Shown: positions 56,166-64,000 of the stretch, in pieces
Layout of the letters: the number at the start of each line of letters is the position of its first letter
How positions within the stretch are numbered: position 1 is the stretch's first letter
Assembly (NCBI RefSeq): GCF_009914755.1
Contig: NC_060927.1
Source of the DNA: the human T2T-CHM13v2.0 reference genome, Homo sapiens
Strand: one strand, 5' to 3'
DNA: 64,000 bases
Position numbers and translations under genes: made by a program
The notes under the pieces: model-generated
Told to the model about the DNA's origin: nothing
Seen by the model: only the letters and a program-made list of their open reading frames with translations
Databases searched by the model: none

Positions 56166-57564
56166 GGCCTGGTAAAAATTTGGACTGTTTAATTCATCTA
56201 ATTCATCCTCAGCTTGGGGTGCCCACTAGTATCCTCCCTATCTTTTATTTTTGCATATAAATGTTGGATCACTCAAACATGAAACAGAGAAGAAAGGCCA
56301 GTGTTTATTCCTTTAAGAAGGCAGTCGTGCAACTTGTTAAACTTTATCCCATTTGCTGGGGTAAGGGAGAAAAAAAAAGAGAGACAGGGAGCTACCAAAA
56401 GGGACTCTGAAGGAAATCATCAGAGTAAGGAGAAAAGCTCTTAAGAGATGTTTTTTGCCCTCTGAACTTTTCTTGCTCAATTCTGTTCTCCCATGGTGAC
56501 AGTGCAGCTAATATAAGTCTGTGCTCCACTGGGCCCCTGCTGAGCCAGGCTGGGGTAGGACAGGAAATTACCACTCAGAAAATAAATGACCTGTCCCAGA
56601 GTCTTTTGTTAATGAGTCCAGGGCATAATAAATCAAGGTGACCCAGTCTCAAGAAACACAAGCCTGTTCAAAAACAAAAAAAAAAAAAACCAAACCCCGA
56701 AGCCCCAGAGGTGAAGAGGAGGAGAAGGGAGAGAGGGGACCGCAGGGAGTCCTTATAAATCACACCCAAACGAAACTAGTGCAGATGTTTTCCAGTTTCA
56801 GGCCCACTCAAGAGGCAGAGAATAGACGCATGTGGAAGTGAATGGAAAGAGCTATCTGTTTTGAGGGAAGACAGGAGGCGGCCAGCTCAGTGGATGGGGC
56901 CCCTCCTCTCACTCAGTGTCTCAGGCATTTAGTGGCACCGTCTGCAAGCTCTTTTTTAATGTTCTTCAGGCTGTCACGGTCCACTCTGCTTTTTCACCTC
57001 TCTGGGGTCTCCCTGTAATCAGCATGGCAGGAGTGTCTGAAGAAGGGTGAATGCCTAAATCCTCTTGGTGGAGAGAACCAAGAGCCTCTTGTCAAACATG
57101 GGTCCCAGCTTTCTACAGTAGCAGGCCCCTGTAAAAAGAGAGGTGTGGGCAGGTAAATCATGGGAGGGTCTTCACTTATCAAGTATATTGGAAGCTCTCT
57201 GAGGGTGATATCTAACAAGACAATAGAAAACAAAAATGTCAGGCTGGAAATAAATATTCCATTACATGGTAGAGAAATAAGGGGCTGTAGATCTAGGGTG
57301 AGGTATAATATGAGACTCAGTTACTTGCAGAGGGCTTCACGGGGAACCAAAATATCCTAGTGAAATGGGTGTCACTGGCCGTGTTTTACAAATGAAGAAA
57401 CTGAGGCAAAAAGACGGAATAACAATATAGGCATTTCTAATGCACTTTACAGTTTGTAAAGGGTTTTCACAAACATTATTTCATTTGGACACTGCCCGGA
57501 TAGTAGGCTGTTCTTCTTTTGTTATAGATGAGGAAATCTGGGATAAGAAAGACTTTTAAAACTT

Positions 57565-57608
57565 ACAGAGCGAGACTCCGTCTCAAAAACAAACAAACAA
57601 ACAAACAA
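57565..57608 (+). mobile_element. Ultra-truncated Alu (last 20 nt plus tail) inside a MIR
   Basis: acagagcgagactccgtctc + (AAAC)n; TSD aaaactt at 57558 and 57609, preceded by tttt. Confidence 0.9.
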
Positions 57609-59399
57609 AAAACTTCTCCAGGTTACACAGCCAACATGTGCAGGAACTCGGGCCCACACCCAACTCTTAATTCTAAAACTGTTGTTTTTTTCTGTTCGAC
57701 CACAGCTATTTAATATTTGCCAGGGTTCTATGATGGGCTATAGGCTGATAGAAAAGGATGCTGAAAAGGAGGATAAACTTTAGCAAAGGTCTATTATTGC
57801 CTAGTTTTTTGTTGTTGTGGTGGTGATTTGTTTGTTTGTTTGTTTGTTTTTTAGTCCTCTTTACCATGCTTTAATGTTTAATGTTTAGTAGCAGCTGGTA
57901 GGTAGATGAGTGGACAAGAGGAAACTGCAGCCAAAGATGTTTTTACCATTGTTCTATGATGTAAAAACCCATCATTCAGTTATTTCCTTCCTTCCTTATA
58001 AGCACGGCCTTCTCTGCTCATTCTCTTTTATTAGCCATCATTTTTAAAGAAGTAGCAACACAACACAGCTTTTTAAAAAATTATTTCCTATGCTGAATTC
58101 AACTCCATCATATACCACCACAAGTTAATATAACATATTATATTTTTCAAAATTCTTTCATGTCTGTTACCTTCTCTGAACCTCTTAATCAGGATTGTAA
58201 TTTACCTTGAAGAAACTTAGACCAGGGTGACTTGCCCATGATCTCTCCACAAGTTAGAAAGTAGATCCGTCCTCCTTTCCTGGACTGCCTCCAAAACAAC
58301 ACAAGGAGGGAGACACGGTTTTCCATGTTGGTTTTCTTCATATTACCCTAGTTCTGCAGTAAGACAGATATCACCTTCTCCCACCAGGACTCTCCATGAA
58401 CTATTTATGTCAGCTCTTCTTCCTTTTGAAATAAAATAATGAGCATTAGTCTCGAATCCAAATAGGAGGCCAAGCATTTGCCCATCCACACAATGTCCTC
58501 AACCACAATAGGAAGAGGCCACAGCAGGCTGCCTAAAATAAACCAGAATAAACCCATAGCTTTTAATTGCCCAGAACCTAGATCTGTAGAACAGCAGACA
58601 CACCCATGAAAATTACTAATGTTCCAAGTATTTTAAGTCAAATAGTAGCCTTCTACCAAGCCAGACCATGGCTTTAGGTTTCCCTTCCTTGTTTTTTGTT
58701 TGTTTTTTGGTTTTCGGTTTTGGTTTTTACTTTGTTTTCCGTTTTGGTTCTGCTCTGTGAGTCCAAATCTTTCATATTCAGATGTTGACTCTCAGCTGGG
58801 TGCCCAGAAGCAAGACTCCCAGTATGTGAGCATTCCAATGAATTCTGCCATGTCAGTCTTCTATTATGAAAGTCAGTCATTCATTCCACAAATGTTCTCA
58901 AATTCCTACTATGTACCAGTGACTGTGTTAAGTACTGAAGAAGATTGAAACTTATGTTTTATACTAGCCTTGCCATTAACTAGCAGAGAGACCTTAGGCA
59001 AGACCTTCCCTCTTTATGGACATTCCTGCCTCTGTAAAATGAAAGTATGGCTTGTTTGGTCTCCGGGTCCTTTCTAACCCTGCTGCTCTACAGTTCATGG
59101 GAATCTGTGTTGATGAAGTAGGCTTGGATACAGCACCTAAAAAGAAGAATGTCCTTTTGATATACTAGTGCAAATAACTGGCAAAGGAGGAGGTAGAAAT
59201 GGAGATTATATTTTCCAAGGAAATCAGATTGCAGATTGTAAGTGTGGCTACTGAGTTTTTAAATTCCATTTTATAGGTCACCAAAAAATTCTCAAATACA
59301 AGTATGCATGTCAGCTCATGCATAATATTTTTCACTCTTTTGTTTTAACTAACATTGTTTTGTATATACATTCTGTGTATCAAAAAGTGCAGTCTCCTC

Positions 59400-59741
<342 letters not shown>

Positions 59742-60412
59742 TGATAATAATAAAATAATTTTTTCACTAACTTATATAAGTTTGTTTATATTTTCATTTC
59801 TTTCATTATTATTGGGCTGATCTGTTTTCTATGTGTTGAGTAATTTTCTGTATTCCCCTGTTTGAAGAGTTTATTCATGTCTTTTGACCTCGTGTTTAGT
59901 AATGTTTGAAAAACATGTTAAGGTTTATGTAGACCAAATTCTTAAGCACTGCTGATATTAGGGATCTCCAAATATGAATACATTCATCATGAGGGTGGTG
60001 GGGAGTTTTGTCTTTGTTCATTGAAGTATTCGAAGCACTTAAAATAATGGCAGGTACACAGTAAAGGAGGTGCTCAATACATGATTATTAATATGTTACT
60101 ACATTATCATTAATATTTATGAGATACTTACAACATGTTGGGACAAATATGAGCACTTCAAATTTGCATTGGATAATGAGAAGAAAATAAGGTCAAAACA
60201 GCAAGGAAAAAGAAGTTGTTTCTCACTTTAGAATTTTAAAAAATCTACACAAGGTGAAGAAGGCAAGGTAAGAAGCTGCTAAGGAGTCCTTTGAAGTAAT
60301 GGCTGGACACTGCCAAAACAAGACACAGGTATTGGACTGTGCTGTGCATATGAATATGTCAGACTAACTGCAATATCCCAAGACGAATTTAATTCAAGAA
60401 ACAAACATTTTC

Positions 60413-60633
60413 GGCCAGGTGCGGTGGCTCACGCCTGTAATCCCAGCACTTTGGGAGGCCGAGACGGGAGGATCCCGAGGTCAGGAGATGGAGACCATCC
60501 TGGCTAACATGGTGAAAATGCGTCTCTACTAAAAATACAAAAAAAAATTAGCCGGGCGTGGTGGCGGAAGCCTGCAGTCCCAGCTACTCGAGGTTGAGGC
60601 AGAAGAATGGCAGGAACCTGGGAGGCGGAGCTT
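60413..60633 (+). mobile_element. AluY, 3'-truncated
   Basis: gagatggagaccatcctggctaacatgg and gaatggcaggaacctgggaggcggagctt diagnostics; stops abruptly with no tail. Confidence 0.9.
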
Positions 60634-60698
60634 ACTACTATATGCAGGGACTGAGCTAGCCACAATATACATATTAGTGTATACAACACAGTCCCCAC

Positions 60699-60933
60699 CC
60701 TGGGCAACATGGCGAAACCCCAACTCCACAAAAAAATACAAAAATAAGCCAGGAATGGTGGGTGTCGCATGCCTGTAGTCCCAGCTACCTGTGGTCTGAG
60801 GCTGAGGGATCGCTTGAGCCCGGGAAGTCATGGAAGCAGTTAGCTAAGATCGCACCACTGCATTACTGCATTCCAGCCTGGGTAACAAAGTGAGACGCTG
60901 TTTCAAAACAAAAAGCAAATGCACAAACAAAAA
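60699..60933 (+). mobile_element. 5'-truncated AluJ-like element
   Basis: cctgggcaacatggcgaaacccc...ggatcgcttgagcccggga; flanked by acagtcccca at 60688 and 60934. Confidence 0.88.
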
Positions 60934-60943
60934 ACAGTCCCCA

Positions 60944-61375
60944 TGTATCCATACGATGGAAAAGCATTCATCAAGGAAAAAGACTGAACTACTGATACAT
61001 ACGACAACATCGATAAACCTCAAAAACCGCATGCTAAGTGAAAAGTGAGATAGCAAAAAAATACATAGTGTATGATTCCACTTACATGAAATGTCCAGAC
61101 AAATCTTTAGAAAAGAATCTACAAACTTACATGAAATGTTCAGACAAATTTATAGTAGATCAGTGGTTGCCCAGGGCTGGGAGTGGGAATGGGGTGACTG
61201 CAAATGAGTGTGAGGGATCTCTTCCAGCTGATGAATTATTTTAACACTAGATTGTGGTAATGGTTGCACAACTCTGTAAATTTACTGCAACACCATTGAA
61301 TTGTACACTTAAAATGAGTGGATTCTATGGTGTGTAAATTATACCTCAATAAAACTGTTTAATTAAAAAAAAAAA
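60944..61375 (+). mobile_element. L1M (MB/ME) 3' end with an internal 45-bp-period duplication and a G4 motif
   Basis: gaactactgatacatacgacaac...atgctaagtgaaa...tgtaaattatacctcaataaa plus poly-A; acttacatgaaatgt(c/t)cagacaaat at 61080 and 61125; GGG x4 at 61174-61194. Confidence 0.88.
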
Positions 61376-63266
61376 GAGAGAGTGACAAACATGATCTGTG
61401 CACTCTCAAAGCAAAGCAAAGTCCCCAGAGCAGACGGACAAATAGAATACTATCTGTTAAGGGCTGCCACTGGGATGAGCCCAGGAGCCAACAGGAGCAC
61501 TGGGACACCTAACCCAATCTAGGGGCTTAGGGGAAGTTTCCCAAACAAGATGGTATTCCAGGCAGAATAAATGGGAAGTGAGAGAGCAGGAAAGGCACCA
61601 CAGTAAGTCAGTGACAATAGTATTCACGTCCTGGGAGGTGATGCTGAAGCCAATGGCCACCTTGATTTGAGTTTACCAGGTTTCAGAAGAAGTTAAACAC
61701 TGAAAATACTTTGTATATTAATTATAACTACCATTTATGAAGCATCTTGCCATGAGTCAAGAACTTTACATTCAGTAACAACAATCCTGCAAGACAGGAT
61801 TACAAATGAAGAAATTAAGGCAAAGAGAGGCTATGTATGAAATACATACTTAGTATGAAATAACAGAGCTGGCATTCAGACACAGGCCTGAGTCTAAAAC
61901 TATGCTTTTCCAATCCCATTGTCTGCTTTTACCACCACATAGACACATAACTATTATGGGATATGAAATTAATTAATTAATGGCCTCTGCTGAGAAGAAT
62001 GTAGGTTTTGCTGATGTACTCTAAAGAATTCGTAGAATTCATCTGCAAAGAGTTTTGCAAATGCAGTTTGACAGGGTCTCAGAACCATGGCCTTTGTAAT
62101 TTATCTCTGTCCCTAGCACACTGCTCTGTAAACAGCAAGCAGGCATTTGAAATGTGCCATCCTTAGCTTAGGATGTGCGAGTAAAATTCAGTATTCTTGA
62201 TTTGAGATAAATTAAAGGACATTTAACTTCTAACTCTTCTTCCTGAAGAGTTAGCAAATTCTGGAAGGACACAGGAATCCAGTCTAGCACAAAGGTCTAA
62301 TAAAAAAATCCTCGTTAAATGCCTTTCAATAATCATTTTAAATGATCACAAAAAGTGCTTAAGATGATATGGTCAAAACAAACATTATTTCTTTAAAACT
62401 GTATTGTTTCTCTTTGAGATTTTTTGAGAATTGCTCCTTCCCCTCATCTTTGGCCCAAGTGGCCCAAGTGTATCTACCCTTTATGGGAAAATTGTGAGTC
62501 TGCTTGGGTGAGGCAAAGACACACATTCCTCTCTTGAAAGAACAGACTTGCATTCCTATGAGTAAAATAAATTAGGCCCAGTTTCTCTGTCCATTAATTA
62601 TGTGGAATAAACAACCTTCTCCTGTTCAGAGAGAAGCACAGGAGACCAGCACAAATTTCCTCCACAGGCTCAGGGGAAAGATCACTTGATCATTCAGGAG
62701 AACTCCTGTGGTCTGGGAGGACTCAGAGAATTGGAACAGGCCCGGCTCTGCTGCCAGATGTTTCTAAGAAATCCAGTAATGAAGACAATCCCATGATATG
62801 ATCCACAGAGGATTGCTGCTTTGCGGGGAGAGGAGGCTAGAATTGCAGAAGAGCAACAGAGTGAGAAGGAATTTGCATCCAGCTCTGACCCTGGGGAATA
62901 TCCCAATCTTCAACCCTGAAGCAGCATATGGAGTCTAGGAAGCGTATGGGGCCAGGTACTTACATTACTTTAGAGTCTTTGAATATGCCAGGAACTTCAG
63001 GGGCTCAGGGGAGAGGATGTGGGGGCAGTAGGAATAAAGTAATCCATGGCCTCTGATGGTCTATAGCTAAATTGAATCTGCTGGGATTTGCAAGAGAATA
63101 GAATATTATCATCAAGAATCTAAAAGACAAGAGGAAAAATACGGCAAATGACAGAAAGAGTTGAAAATGTGTTTGTGGTTTTTGCCTTTACACACTTGGG
63201 ACTGATACTGCTATTCATTATTTCATTATCCCCATCTCCTAAGACATCCTCAATTTTATTATAGGC

Positions 63267-63666
63267 TGTAGCAATACACCCAGTTAAAACATCCGCTTCC
63301 CAGATGCCTTTGCACAGTAGAGTGGTCACATGATCCACTTCTGGCCAATGAGAGGTAAGCAAAATTCGCTAAGACAGGATTTATTGTAGAAAACCCACAG
63401 GGCTTTGGCCTTTGCTCTTTGCCCTTAACTTCTCTTCCTGATTGGATTGTGGCCAGAATAGCCGCCATCTTTGGAGCATGAGAAGGGACACTGAATGCTA
63501 GTCTGGCAAGCCAAAATATGAAAGCAATCTAGATCCTTGATGGGTCCCAGCAAACACTGCACACCTCTGAACTGGTATCTCTACTTTTTATTACATGATA
63601 CATATCTTGTTTAAGCTACTGTTGCTTGGTCTTTGTTGCATGTAGTTAAGCATAACCCTCTGATAG
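63267..63666 (+). mobile_element. MaLR LTR (MLT1I/J-like)
   Basis: cttcccagatgcctttgcacagtagagtggtcacatgatccacttctggccaatgag...cttgtttaagctactgttgcttgg. Confidence 0.75.
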
Positions 63667-63679
63667 CAATCTGAATTCA

Positions 63680-63900
63680 GATTTAGCAATAATTTAACAA
63701 TAATTACCTATACTGTGCCAGGCACTGTGCTAGATTTGGGAATGCAAAGATGAAGATATAACCCCCTACCCTCAAAAAGTTTACAATCAACTGAATGCAA
63801 GAAGATAAGCAACCCATTACAGTGCGGTTTTTGTTTAAAGTGTTATGGAAACAAAATAATTATGAATATTAACAAGGAAGAAAATACACTGGGGTAAATT
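63680..63900 (-). mobile_element. L2 fragment
   Basis: tactgtgccaggcactgtgctagatttgggaatgcaaagatgaagatataaccccctaccctcaa. Confidence 0.7.
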
Positions 63901-64000
63901 CTATGGAATTTATCTCAGTACATCCTCACACCTTACGACACGCGCATATGTGGCAAATCCCATTAACCCACTGAATATTCACAATTCATATTACTGATAT

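Overview
This is primate (almost certainly human) genomic DNA, judged by AluJ/AluS/AluY, MER41 and L1PB elements. It reads as a gene-poor intergenic or deep-intronic interval. I can support no intact protein-coding gene, tRNA, rRNA or CRISPR array. The only recognisable protein is a decayed Tigger1 transposase (minus strand, about 4.1-4.8 kb). The other listed ORFs look like chance, microsatellite or Alu-derived frames. Much of the window is interspersed repeat: about 17 Alus or Alu fragments, a near-full-length Tigger1, solo LTRs (MER41A, MER34/39-group, MaLR), L1, L2, L3, MIR and small DNA transposons. Repeat subfamily names come from recalled consensus sequences, not a database search. Between the repeats are several motif-dense, repeat-free blocks that look like enhancers (about 9.6, 38.0 and 41.5 kb), a strong CTCF motif, a G4/EGR1/Z-DNA module at 29.5 kb and possible non-coding exons on the + strand. 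The most unusual structures are a chimeric AluY/L2/AluJ/L1 junction at 60.4-61.4 kb, a 20-nt 'minimal Alu' with a perfect target-site duplication (TSD), and a fold-back hairpin at an LTR edge. I could not identify the chromosomal locus and found no convincing evidence of a new gene system.
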